A stretch of 64,000 nucleotides of DNA, from the sequence record LC727697.1; one strand, 5' to 3'. The notes beneath the pieces are model-generated. The model searched no databases, had not been told where the DNA came from, and saw nothing but the letters and a program-made list of their open reading frames with translations. Source of the DNA: Pseudomonas phage sp. 30-2. Below are positions 27,425-37,123 of the stretch, one piece after another. Each line of letters opens with the position of its first letter. The stretch's first letter is position 1. The position numbers and the translations under genes are program-made.

Positions 27425-28624
27425 TTAATTCTGAACTGATTCGTTATCCCACGAAATCCAACGCTTTGTAGTTAATTTAAGAAGTACCCTCGACGGAAAA
27501 TTATGCCTGTATGTTATATTTACTGTGTTAGGTGCTACATATTCTCCACTAAAATCTACATCAGCGTCGTATCCCACCGAAGATCTATGCTCAACAGATG
27601 TGTCTGAAACAACTACAGTTTCTGATCCTTTAGATAAAATAATATTTAATGTTCCGGTTTGAACAAACCTGCCATCGCTGCCCATAACTGGGCCTTGCAT
27701 GTCATCAAAACTTATAGAATAATCTATATTAAATGTATCAGATACCGAACCATCAAACGTCATTGGACTAGTTTCGTAGTTACCGCCGTTTATTATATCT
27801 ATAGTTTTTACTAAAGTAAACGAATTAGAAGGCTCTAATTCGTATGTTATAGGACTATTTACTATTACATCTGTACTACTAGTAGTTTTAAAGTATTCTG
27901 TTAGTATTTCTACGTTTTGTTTTGTAGTTACATATGCTTTGTCACTGTCTGTAGTAATATATTCATTTATTAATACACTTAAACTAGCAGATTCGTATAC
28001 AGTATCAGTAAATAATATCCCTGCGTCCATTACTATACCGTTATTGTATGCAGAGTTTACAGTATTATCTATAATATACGAATTGTTAGCTATAGTTGTC
28101 AGATTAAACGAATCAGGCGGTTGGCATCCTGCAAAAAATTTAAACGTATACTGATCAGAGGAATCAATAGTCCACGAATACATCAATGTATATCTAATAT
28201 CAGAGGCGCTACCTGTTGACTGGAGTACAGACGTCTTAACACTACGAATAATCTCTATATTTCGTTCGTATTCATTAATGCTTTCTCTGTTAGTATCAGA
28301 AACATAATATAGCTGCGGGAATTTAGCCAATTCTGCTAGATTTTGCTTTTCAGCATCAGTTAATGTAGTTGGCTCCGATACAAAAGTAAAAATATTGTGT
28401 AATAACGTTTGGTTAACTAAATCTTGGGATCCAAGAGGTTCTCCCCTAAACAATTCAACGGCTGCTACTGCATCTTCGTCAGACACGCCAATAAATAATT
28501 GCTTAGTATCCATACACCAACCGAGTTCTCCCGGTCTTAGTGGTTGCGGCAAGTTAACACGACGACCTCTTCTGTTTTCTATTCGTGCTACTATTATATC
28601 TTGTGTTAAATACGGATCGGCCAT
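27425..28624 (-). CDS. hypothetical protein (399 aa), Ser/Thr/Asn-rich C-terminal half
   Basis: Long ORF; composition suggests a structural or fibre-like protein. Confidence 0.45.
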   Translation of the reverse strand: MADPYLTQDIIVARIENRRGRRVNLPQPLRPGELGWCMDTKQLFIGVSDEDAVAAVELFRGEPLGSQDLVNQTLLHNIFTFVSEPTTLTDAEKQNLAELAKFPQLYYVSDTNRESINEYERNIEIIRSVKTSVLQSTGSASDIRYTLMYSWTIDSSDQYTFKFFAGCQPPDSFNLTTIANNSYIIDNTVNSAYNNGIVMDAGILFTDTVYESASLSVLINEYITTDSDKAYVTTKQNVEILTEYFKTTSSTDVIVNSPITYELEPSNSFTLVKTIDIINGGNYETSPMTFDGSVSDTFNIDYSISFDDMQGPVMGSDGRFVQTGTLNIILSKGSETVVVSDTSVEHRSSVGYDADVDFSGEYVAPNTVNITYRHNFPSRVLLKLTTKRWISWDNESVQN

Positions 28625-28655
28625 GCTAAAAATTCCATTTTATTTTGTATTATAT

Positions 28656-29321
28656 TTATGCCAATACTACTTCAGTATAATATCTCATAACATCATCAAA
28701 CCACATATTCTTATATTCAGAATATTCATCTGCTTCTATAATAAATTCCTGAAACATTCCTGTTTGTGTTGCCATAAGTATAACACCAGTAGTTATATTA
28801 GTTCCATACATGATGTTGTGAGCTTCTGCATATGCAACTAATTGCTTAAAATAATTTTCAATCCATTCTTTTTTCCTAACATTTCTTGCATTTTTAAAAT
28901 CTATTATTGATTCTCTATCCTTATATACACCAACTAAGTCTGTAGTACCTGCATATAATTCAGGATAATATAATGGGACTTCAGTACCCCATGCTTCTGA
29001 TAGATGTTTCAGTCCGTTCTGTTTAATTAAACCAAACATCATTTTAGCCATAGGATTTCCGTTAATTTCGGAACTACCGTTAAGAAAATTTTCTAAGTTT
29101 TGGTGCAAATGCGTTCCTGTGTATGAAGACGACTCTGTTATTTTAGCTGCGTTTTCTTCACCTTCCCTTTCACGCCAATCAGTTAGAAATGACTTATCGG
29201 TAACAAAATCTAATATAGTAGTAACAGAAGGCAATAATTTTCCGTCTGGTGTTTTGTATTTTCTACCTGCCGGAGAATCTACACGATCGCAAAAAGTATA
29301 ATTGAATTTTTGTATTAACAT
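28656..29321 (-). CDS. putative PD-(D/E)XK family nuclease
   Basis: GTTDLVGVY ... ESIIDFKNAR resembles the D ... (D/E)xK core; tentative. Confidence 0.45.
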   Translation of the reverse strand: MLIQKFNYTFCDRVDSPAGRKYKTPDGKLLPSVTTILDFVTDKSFLTDWREREGEENAAKITESSSYTGTHLHQNLENFLNGSSEINGNPMAKMMFGLIKQNGLKHLSEAWGTEVPLYYPELYAGTTDLVGVYKDRESIIDFKNARNVRKKEWIENYFKQLVAYAEAHNIMYGTNITTGVILMATQTGMFQEFIIEADEYSEYKNMWFDDVMRYYTEVVLA

Positions 29322-29384
29322 AGCCTGTATTATAATATAAGGCTATAAATATGTCAAGAACAGACAATGAAAATTAGTGGTATA

Positions 29385-29720
29385 TTACCAAGTAATATAC
29401 CACTGAAGGCTAGATTGAGTGTTAGGATTTAACTGAAGTTTGATTACATATCCCAAATCAGTAAAGTATTGTGTTATGAATTCGAACTGATCAGTGATGG
29501 CCCTATCTGTTTTTTGTTTCATAAATACTTTATAGTAATCTTTATCGGGTGTGTCATTAGTTATAGGTGTACCCGATTTAACATAGACGCTTAGTTGCTT
29601 CATGTCTATTGCTGTTAGTATTGCTTGCTGAATTCCGCATATTTCTGTAAAGATAGTTTTATTATCTCTACTCATTATCCTTGCATCTTCAGCACGTATA
29701 AATCCAGATCCACAACTCAT
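29385..29720 (-). CDS. hypothetical protein (111 aa)
   Basis: ORF on coding strand. Confidence 0.4.
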   Translation of the reverse strand: MSCGSGFIRAEDARIMSRDNKTIFTEICGIQQAILTAIDMKQLSVYVKSGTPITNDTPDKDYYKVFMKQKTDRAITDQFEFITQYFTDLGYVIKLQLNPNTQSSLQWYITW

Positions 29721-30034
29721 TATTTTAGATCCTGCATAGCTAATTTAGATACTTCTTTAGAAAACTTATCATCTTCTTTGTCAGTAATATCTGTTGTGTT
29801 ACCTATTGTTATGACTTGCCCATTTACACTAGTAATGCCGGGTACATTTTCTAATTGAGAAACAACTTGATCAGGTGTAACAGAATAACCCATAGAAATT
29901 AATTTGTCTGTTACCCTTTTTGTACTAATAGTGGACAAACCGGCAGCTTTTGCTGCCGTTATAATATCAAACAAAGAACTTTCTAGTCTATCTACATATT
30001 CGTCTGATTCGACTAATATATCTTTAATCTTCAC
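29720..30034 (-). CDS. hypothetical protein (104 aa)
   Basis: ORF on coding strand, abutting its neighbours. Confidence 0.4.
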   Translation of the reverse strand: MKIKDILVESDEYVDRLESSLFDIITAAKAAGLSTISTKRVTDKLISMGYSVTPDQVVSQLENVPGITSVNGQVITIGNTTDITDKEDDKFSKEVSKLAMQDLK

Positions 30035-31222
30035 TTATTGTTTCCTAGAAGATTTCAATTTATCTATAGATGCCTGTAATGAAACTAAACTTTCAGATAA
30101 TTTTTTTAGTTTATTACTTCTTGTTGAGTTAGATTCTTTCATGGAACGACCTAACGGTTCTTCAGTGTCGGCTGCACCGAAATTATCCTCTATTCCCAGT
30201 CCTAAATCGTCGCCTATTTCTAGTTGATCATCCATATCGACATCAGTGCCAGCAGTTTCTATTCCATCCATATCGGTATATGTACTTCCAGTAGAAAGCA
30301 TATCTACTGCATTATCGATGCGGTCTTTTGTACTGCGTAAGGTGTCTACTATACTATTGAAATCAGCAAGTAATTCTGACTGGAATCTATTTGCTGTAGC
30401 GGCGCCGTAAGTTTGACGCATTTGATCAGATACTGCACCTAAGTCTTCGTTCATAAGTCTGCCTAACTTTTCTACCATAGTTTGCAGTTCTTGACCGAAA
30501 CCTTTAGCAGCAATAACTACTTCTGCTTGTTCTACTTCGTTTTCATTTAATTTTCTAGATTCTTTCACTGAAATACCTTTAGTTAGGCTGGGATGTTTGT
30601 ATATTTCACGACCATGGCGTTCAAAGTCTGCTCGGTCGCCGTATGGCTCTAATTCTAAATCAGCCAATTTACTTCCTTTTTGTTTCAATAATTCGTTTGC
30701 TGCATCTCGTTGAGATTGCGATACAGTTGACCAATCATACGAATCAGTTAACATAGTATCATCTGAGTTAGAATTTAAATAATGTTCTAATCTAGCTCTT
30801 AAATCTAATGCTATATCGTCATCTTTAAATCTGTATGAACTAGAACGATACGAATTTAATGTGGATCTCATAGCATCGTCTATGTCATCGCCTTGTTTTA
30901 ATAAATTTACTGCATCTTTAAATAGAGTAGATAATACATTATTATATGATGCCGAATCTACCCTACCATCTACTGATCTATGCATTTCTAACAAAGTATC
31001 AATGCCTTCTTTCATTAAAATGCATTTAGCATGCTCGGGTGACGATGCAGAAATATTATTGATTCTATTATTAATAATTGATTTTACAACAGATTCTTTG
31101 AGTTTTTCTAGTTCTTCGACAGACGCCGACTCAGATAATGATACACCGTAACTCGATTTTAACATCGAATTTATTTTCTTAAATTTTTTTGATTCTGTAA
31201 TTTTAACGTCTTTCAAAAACAT
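30035..31222 (-). CDS. hypothetical acidic protein (395 aa), helical or coiled-coil composition
   Basis: Long ORF; candidate scaffold or internal virion protein. Confidence 0.45.
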   Translation of the reverse strand: MFLKDVKITESKKFKKINSMLKSSYGVSLSESASVEELEKLKESVVKSIINNRINNISASSPEHAKCILMKEGIDTLLEMHRSVDGRVDSASYNNVLSTLFKDAVNLLKQGDDIDDAMRSTLNSYRSSSYRFKDDDIALDLRARLEHYLNSNSDDTMLTDSYDWSTVSQSQRDAANELLKQKGSKLADLELEPYGDRADFERHGREIYKHPSLTKGISVKESRKLNENEVEQAEVVIAAKGFGQELQTMVEKLGRLMNEDLGAVSDQMRQTYGAATANRFQSELLADFNSIVDTLRSTKDRIDNAVDMLSTGSTYTDMDGIETAGTDVDMDDQLEIGDDLGLGIEDNFGAADTEEPLGRSMKESNSTRSNKLKKLSESLVSLQASIDKLKSSRKQ

Positions 31223-31258
31223 AGCTAAATTACCTTATAATTTTGTATATATTTATCA

Positions 31259-31714
31259 TTATTTATTAGATAACCTAAAGGATCTAATTGCGCGCTTTAG
31301 CTTAACTATGTTGTGTTTAGCAACAGAAATTCTGTCATCATACATACAAGTATCTTCTAAATTAGCAAATCGTTTAGAATACGAATAATGAACTATATCA
31401 TTTAAATGTTTTGTGTAACTAGATTCCCAATTTAGAACTTTTCTTTTTCCGTTTATTAAATTCTTTTCCATACACATAGCATAGCAGTATGCCGTACTGT
31501 ATAAGTTAAAAGAAATGTTTTCTTTTCTTGCTGTATCGGAATTAACTATTATCCACTTATCATTTTTATATTTAATTACATAACTACCATATACAGATTC
31601 ATTCTTTTTATCTGCTAATAATTCTAACTCATCTTCATTTAATGATAGTATAGTAGATGATATTACTTCATCAAATGTCTCTAATATTTTCTTTTTGTTT
31701 ATTTTTTTAGGCAT
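31259..31714 (-). CDS. hypothetical protein (151 aa)
   Basis: ORF on coding strand. Confidence 0.4.
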   Translation of the reverse strand: MPKKINKKKILETFDEVISSTILSLNEDELELLADKKNESVYGSYVIKYKNDKWIIVNSDTARKENISFNLYSTAYCYAMCMEKNLINGKRKVLNWESSYTKHLNDIVHYSYSKRFANLEDTCMYDDRISVAKHNIVKLKRAIRSFRLSNK

Positions 31715-31715
31715 A

Positions 31716-32342
31716 TTACTTTTTTGGTTTGGGACCGGGCTTTTTAGGTTTCTTATGTCTACGTTTTATTTCACCTAATGGAGTTACTACACCACTTATA
31801 GCAGCAGATGACATAAATGATGATTCATCTACAGCCGAATCATTAGATATACCGGCTAATTTTTTTATACGATCGATTTCTTTTGTTGCATCGTCTGCAG
31901 ACATGTTAGGAGTAACCGGAATTATACTATCGCCCGATTGAACAATCGAACCGCCGTCGGAAGTATTAATAGTAATAGTATTGCCTGCTATTGTTTTATT
32001 TTTTACTGTTACATCTTTAGGATTTCCGGATTCGGGATTGGCAATTGTAAGTTTATCACCAGTTTTTAATTTCTTAAAATTAGGAGTATCTTTTAAATTA
32101 GTTAAATCAGCAGCAGTAATTTTTTGTTGTTGACTTGGTGCAATTGAAGTATCCCTTACAGCAGAATAACTATTATCTAATGATTCTACTATATGTTTTA
32201 TAATGTCAGAATCTATGTGGTCTTGACTCTCAGTTAATGCCACAAAATCCTTAAATGAAATATATTTCATAAATGAACGTAATTCTAGTTCGTTTAAACC
32301 AAATTGTTCTTTTAATATTTGTTCTAATTTTATTTTATTCAT
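31716..32342 (-). CDS. hypothetical protein with basic C-terminal tail (RRHKKPKKPGPKPKK)
   Basis: ORF on coding strand. Confidence 0.45.
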   Translation of the reverse strand: MNKIKLEQILKEQFGLNELELRSFMKYISFKDFVALTESQDHIDSDIIKHIVESLDNSYSAVRDTSIAPSQQQKITAADLTNLKDTPNFKKLKTGDKLTIANPESGNPKDVTVKNKTIAGNTITINTSDGGSIVQSGDSIIPVTPNMSADDATKEIDRIKKLAGISNDSAVDESSFMSSAAISGVVTPLGEIKRRHKKPKKPGPKPKK

Positions 32343-32803
32343 ATTAATGAAGATCTCACAAATTCTATGTTTAAACCCGACCCATATGTTCTTATAATGG
32401 TACCTGACGGCAATATAATACCATCTAGTTCGTCTACTAATAACCCAGTTGTTCCGGGTGTACCATATGGGTTATAATTAGTAAACACTTCCGGCATTTC
32501 ACATGCGAATTTCCATACAAATCCTTCGCCAATTAATGTAGGGGCACCATATGCAGCTAAATTAGCAACAGGAACAGGATTATTCATTATAACTGGCATA
32601 GCTCTGAGACCTATACTTTGAAGAAGTATTTCGAAATTCTTTTGGCTTATATCATGTATATTATTTGTTACTAAGATGTTTATCCCTTCTGCGTTTTCGG
32701 GATCAGTATATGCCTTATCGGATTGCGCATATACTATAAAATAGGGTACATCGGCAGTTAGATTTTGTTGGGCACTACTAGTACCATGAATTTTTTGTGT
32801 CAT
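32339..32803 (-). CDS. hypothetical virion-like protein (154 aa); N-terminus paralogous to 32922..33224
   Basis: MTQKIHGTSSAQQNLTADVPYF versus MVQKVHGGILAGTNLTGHLQYL. Confidence 0.45.
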   Translation of the reverse strand: MTQKIHGTSSAQQNLTADVPYFIVYAQSDKAYTDPENAEGINILVTNNIHDISQKNFEILLQSIGLRAMPVIMNNPVPVANLAAYGAPTLIGEGFVWKFACEMPEVFTNYNPYGTPGTTGLLVDELDGIILPSGTIIRTYGSGLNIEFVRSSLI

Positions 32804-32873
32804 TGCTATTACCTATACACATATTATATAGGTATTTATCGCATATGTAAAGTTTTTTCTACACACTAAGAAC

Positions 32874-32910
32874 AAGAAAGGGCTTAATAAGCCCTTTCAA
32901 GTTTTATTTA
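32874..32910 (-). terminator. rho-independent terminator after 32922..33224
   Basis: gaaagggc-ttaataa-gccctttc with a T-rich tail on the minus transcript. Confidence 0.55.
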
Positions 32911-32921
32911 AGTTAACTATA

Positions 32922-33224
32922 TTAAACTACAGTAAACTTACCTACAGTAACAGTACCAGTCAAACCAGCAGCAGTTAATGCAGCTTCTAGGTCTGCCTTG
33001 GTCCAGCCGTCGCCAGCATTTTCTACAGCAACATGCATTACACCGGCATCGAATTCTATAATAACTAGAGTCGATTTTAAAGAAACAGTGCGATATACTT
33101 GTTCTGCTACGCTGTTAGGTAATTGCGGGTTTACGTCAACGCTAGCAACTTCGATTTTTAGATATTGCAGATGACCAGTTAAGTTAGTACCTGCTAAGAT
33201 GCCGCCATGTACTTTTTGTACCAT
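32922..33224 (-). CDS. small abundant-looking protein (100 aa), GC-richer codon usage
   Basis: Compact ORF with a dedicated terminator and codon composition different from its neighbours. Confidence 0.5.
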   Translation of the reverse strand: MVQKVHGGILAGTNLTGHLQYLKIEVASVDVNPQLPNSVAEQVYRTVSLKSTLVIIEFDAGVMHVAVENAGDGWTKADLEAALTAAGLTGTVTVGKFTVV

Positions 33225-33290
33225 GTTAAATATTCTCCATTAATTAATTTATACAAAGTTTCCTTTGTAGCTATAGTTATTTATCTTTTT

Positions 33291-33764
33291 CTATTGTTTA
33301 TTAGTTTTTTCCGGAAATTTTGTAGAGTATTCTGCCGGAATAAGAGTTATTTCATATGCATTTCCATCCGTTGTACTAACTAACGCAACTATGCCGTTGG
33401 CTGTAGATTTTATAGAAACTATATCTTTTATAAAATCACACTTTCCTATACTAGAAATAAGGTCTATTAATCTAGTAGGTCTACTTTCTTGCAAAGATAC
33501 CCTCTCTTCTAGACCGGGATACGGAAGTGACTTAATTACATTGCCGTGTTTATAGTAAAATTTTCCGCCAAAGTTGTACCCAAATATAACTTCGCCTTTG
33601 TGCTTTCTATGAAATTCTGCTTGAGTTCCATTGTTTTTTATGTCATCCCAGTCTACTTTTATATTAGTTGTATTGTCTATAGACGACATAATTTTGTCAA
33701 AACGTGATTGATAACTAGACATAAAAATCCTAAATATATTTTTGTATTTCTGTAGGAAATACAA
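33291..33764 (-). CDS. hypothetical protein (157 aa)
   Basis: ORF on coding strand. Confidence 0.4.
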   Translation of the reverse strand: MYFLQKYKNIFRIFMSSYQSRFDKIMSSIDNTTNIKVDWDDIKNNGTQAEFHRKHKGEVIFGYNFGGKFYYKHGNVIKSLPYPGLEERVSLQESRPTRLIDLISSIGKCDFIKDIVSIKSTANGIVALVSTTDGNAYEITLIPAEYSTKFPEKTNKQ

Positions 33765-34443
33765 AACCGTCCACTATATTAGCATTTTTAAAATTATTTG
33801 CTATAGCAGAATACGTCGCTTCTGGATCTCCTTCATAATACGGAATAAAATTATATAAATCCTCTAAAGAATTTATATTAGCCCCTAGTACATATTTTAT
33901 TAAAGTAGGATGGGTAGTTTGCGATATAGTAACATCAGGTATAGATGTATCGTAATATCGATTTATTCGTACCATACCCCTAACAGGCGACCATATATAT
34001 CTAGAAACATAATCAGTAGTGGGATCCAAGAATTGTGTTTGGAAAATTCCAGAAATTGCTAAATTTCTATGAGATCCTTTATATGCTGAGTTTTCATCTC
34101 TAAAATAATATAATTTTAGCCAATTAACTTCCCCGTGCATAAAATCTACCTGATAATATTTAGTATCGGTGTGCTGATATTTAACAGAGAAAGATGGCTG
34201 TCCGCCATGTTGGATTACATTTTCTTGACCAAACGAAGATAATAATAAAGATTTAAAATCAGATAACGTTATATAATCTTTATCTATTGCTAAATCTATA
34301 TCACCTGTTACTGGAAATTTTCCAGTAGATCCTAAATAGTTATTCGATAAAGATAAACTAAGAATACTTTCTAACGACAACACTATATCTGGTAATACCG
34401 ATAAGCTCACCGGTTCTAATTGACCAAATGCATTTCCGCTCAT
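33730..34443 (-). CDS. hypothetical protein (237 aa)
   Basis: ORF on coding strand. Confidence 0.4.
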   Translation of the reverse strand: MSGNAFGQLEPVSLSVLPDIVLSLESILSLSLSNNYLGSTGKFPVTGDIDLAIDKDYITLSDFKSLLLSSFGQENVIQHGGQPSFSVKYQHTDTKYYQVDFMHGEVNWLKLYYFRDENSAYKGSHRNLAISGIFQTQFLDPTTDYVSRYIWSPVRGMVRINRYYDTSIPDVTISQTTHPTLIKYVLGANINSLEDLYNFIPYYEGDPEATYSAIANNFKNANIVDGFVFPTEIQKYI

Positions 34444-34688
34444 TATTTTAATACGTCCGATATTGATAGATTTATTTTGCTCAAATCTGCATTATAACCT
34501 TGCGCAATGCGATCGCCTGTTTTCCAACGTTTTATTACAGATCGCTTCGCTGCGCCTGCGCCGAGGTCGCCTAATTTAATTCTCTTATTAATTATTTTAA
34601 TGACCTTTTGATATAAACTCTTATCGAAAGCTATATCCTTAGTAATATCGGATACAGGAGTTTTACTTTGTATTTCATCTAATCGCAT
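34443..34688 (-). CDS. hypothetical protein (81 aa)
   Basis: ORF on coding strand. Confidence 0.35.
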   Translation of the reverse strand: MRLDEIQSKTPVSDITKDIAFDKSLYQKVIKIINKRIKLGDLGAGAAKRSVIKRWKTGDRIAQGYNADLSKINLSISDVLK

Positions 34689-35698
34689 TGTAAACCCTTA
34701 TTAATTATTGTTGCGTTCCTTGGCATTTGGGATTTCTTATAAACTTCTATCCGTCTGTTAGGCTCGGATTGACTAGTAAATAAGCTAGGATATCCAAATG
34801 TATCTACATCAATATATGTTAGTGTCTGGTCATTTGACCGTCGCCTAATCCTAATATATAATTCTTCCGAATTTATTAAATCAGAAACAGTTAAAAATTT
34901 ACCATTAAATGTAATTACATTATCTGTAACAGAATATTTTACATCCATGGGACCTATGTATAGATAATCTATGGGTCCTCCCATTTCTTTTGTACCTTTT
35001 ACTATCTTAGTAGCAACAGAAACTGGAATTTTATAAAATACATCCGCTGGGTCATTTTTAGAAAATTCGTGACCCTGTTTATATCCTTTGTTTTTAAAGT
35101 ATTCTATAGCACATTGCAACGGTTCGTTCATAAATCCGGGTGCTATTACGTTTATGCCTGCTAGGCCACCACCTGCTATAGACGGTGACGTAACACCTTT
35201 CATACTTATATTGTAGCACGCTCCGTTAACTGTATTAAGAACAACATCAGTGTACGGTTCTTTTCCTAAACTGTTTCTCCCACTATATTTATATGCATTT
35301 GTAACATTTTCTATTTTTAAATTAGCATTAATAGTGACAGGGCAACTACTTGTTTCATTATTTATTATAGATACAAAGGAATGCTCTTGCCTTTCTAATA
35401 ACTGTTTACTTCCAGGTTTTCCGCCAAATTCACTAGATTTTAATATTTCAGAAAGGGCTACAGTATCACTACCGGACGGGAATACAATTTTATTCCCATT
35501 TTTTAACGATTCTAGCGACTTCTCTAAACCCGAAGAACGTAAAAATTTAACAAATTTAGAATTAGCTACAGTAGACTTATATCCTAATTTTATTTTACTA
35601 CCATTTACTAGTGTAAAATACTCTCTATTTTCTATTTTATTAAGAAATATATCCCAATTATTTCTTTTTAATAGTTGAGTTTTACTTAAATGTGCCAT
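34679..35698 (-). CDS. hypothetical protein (339 aa)
   Basis: ORF on coding strand. Confidence 0.45.
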   Translation of the reverse strand: MAHLSKTQLLKRNNWDIFLNKIENREYFTLVNGSKIKLGYKSTVANSKFVKFLRSSGLEKSLESLKNGNKIVFPSGSDTVALSEILKSSEFGGKPGSKQLLERQEHSFVSIINNETSSCPVTINANLKIENVTNAYKYSGRNSLGKEPYTDVVLNTVNGACYNISMKGVTSPSIAGGGLAGINVIAPGFMNEPLQCAIEYFKNKGYKQGHEFSKNDPADVFYKIPVSVATKIVKGTKEMGGPIDYLYIGPMDVKYSVTDNVITFNGKFLTVSDLINSEELYIRIRRRSNDQTLTYIDVDTFGYPSLFTSQSEPNRRIEVYKKSQMPRNATIINKGLQCD

Positions 35699-37039
35699 CT
35701 ATATAGACGCCAACTTATTAAATAATTCTTTTACAGAACTAGAATTACTAACTATTTCTTTCGCATTATACAATCTATTCCTAAGATTAGAAATTGCTTC
35801 TAATGTTTTTGTATGAACAGAATCGTTATATCTAAATGTATATTTCATATACGATATATATACTACTTTTTCCATATCTTTATATCTGTTTAAATAAGAT
35901 TTAGTAAAAGTGTCTAGCTCGTTTATAGATTCAGATAGTATTCCTAATATTACATTTTTATCTATATTATTTAGAATTCTATCATCAATGTTTACTTGTT
36001 TGCGCCTAACTGTGCCTAGATTTTTATTGCCGAGGACTTTGCCTACTTTTATAAAAGTTTCACTAAATAGAGAAGTTTGTCCGGAGATATTATCATTCGT
36101 TGCCAATCTACAAAGTGCATTACTGTACATATGATAAAATTCATTTACTTCAGTAAATAAAGTCTTATCTACAATTTTTACTTGCATACTAGGTGTACGT
36201 ATTACATATCCTTCTACAAAAGTAGCACCGAAATTAGATTTTAAAGATATATCATTTAATATACGTTCTTTTAACTTAGAAGAAAACTCTTTTGTTTTGT
36301 TGAAAATATACTCTCTATTATCTTTAATGAGTTGTTTGCTATCTTCAGTAACTTTCTCGCTATTTAACCTACTGGTCACTTTAAGTTCAATTGATTTTAA
36401 ATTAGTCATCCCTTCTATTTTAGAAGGAGAACTAGCAAAGTCTACTATATCTTTTAAAATTGTATCTAATTGAAGATTAACATTAGATAGTTTTATACTT
36501 TCTAATTTAGAAAATTCCCATTCTGTTATACTCGTCTCTTCAGTAAAACCTACACCATTGTCATTTACCACAGGTATAGACAACTCAACACAATCTCTTA
36601 TGTTATTCATTGCTGTAGATACACAATCAAACGAATTGCCGTTTAAATTTCTTAAAAACACAATTCGATTAATGCCGTCATATTCAATTACGTTGGGTAT
36701 CTTCCCGTATAATACTTCAATTTCATATATATCTCCAACTGATAATCCACTTTTAATTAAAATGTCTTTATTTTGTTCTAACAGGGTGTGGGCTATTATA
36801 TGGTATACATTCTTAAATGTCTTTTCTAATGCAGAAATATTATAAATTCTAGTTCCACCCTTACCTTCCCTGGATGTAAATAGACCTATATTATCTAACC
36901 CCATACATAAATAGTAACCGTCTATTTTTTCTGTTATAGTAGCTTCATGCATGGAATTAACAAATGATACTAATTCTGTGAGTGTTAAGTTATCTAAATG
37001 TTTAATCCCTTTGTGTTTTTGTATTTCTGCAATATTCAT
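35699..37039 (-). CDS. RNA ligase-like nucleotidyltransferase (T4 Rnl1-like)
   Basis: Motif I ITEKIDGYYL (KxDG) and a later FVEGYVIRT, resembling T4 RnlA ILTKEDGSL / NIEGYVAV. Confidence 0.55.
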   Translation of the reverse strand: MNIAEIQKHKGIKHLDNLTLTELVSFVNSMHEATITEKIDGYYLCMGLDNIGLFTSREGKGGTRIYNISALEKTFKNVYHIIAHTLLEQNKDILIKSGLSVGDIYEIEVLYGKIPNVIEYDGINRIVFLRNLNGNSFDCVSTAMNNIRDCVELSIPVVNDNGVGFTEETSITEWEFSKLESIKLSNVNLQLDTILKDIVDFASSPSKIEGMTNLKSIELKVTSRLNSEKVTEDSKQLIKDNREYIFNKTKEFSSKLKERILNDISLKSNFGATFVEGYVIRTPSMQVKIVDKTLFTEVNEFYHMYSNALCRLATNDNISGQTSLFSETFIKVGKVLGNKNLGTVRRKQVNIDDRILNNIDKNVILGILSESINELDTFTKSYLNRYKDMEKVVYISYMKYTFRYNDSVHTKTLEAISNLRNRLYNAKEIVSNSSSVKELFNKLASI

Positions 37040-37069
37040 ACTATTACCTTATTATTCGAAGTTATAATA

Positions 37070-37112
37070 GCAAAAATCCCGTTATTGCGTCAAGCAGTAA
37101 CGGGATTTTTAT
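37070..37112. terminator. rho-independent terminator (15-bp stem)
   Basis: aaaatcccgttattgc-gtcaa-gcagtaacgggatttt. Confidence 0.7.
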
Positions 37113-37123
37113 AGAAAATAATA

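Noticed and set aside
33225-33265. T4-type late promoter TATAAATA upstream of the small abundant gene
   Set aside because: Only a 7/8 match (TATAAATT) was found, and the same box is not consistently present upstream of other virion-like genes. A genome-wide motif search is needed.
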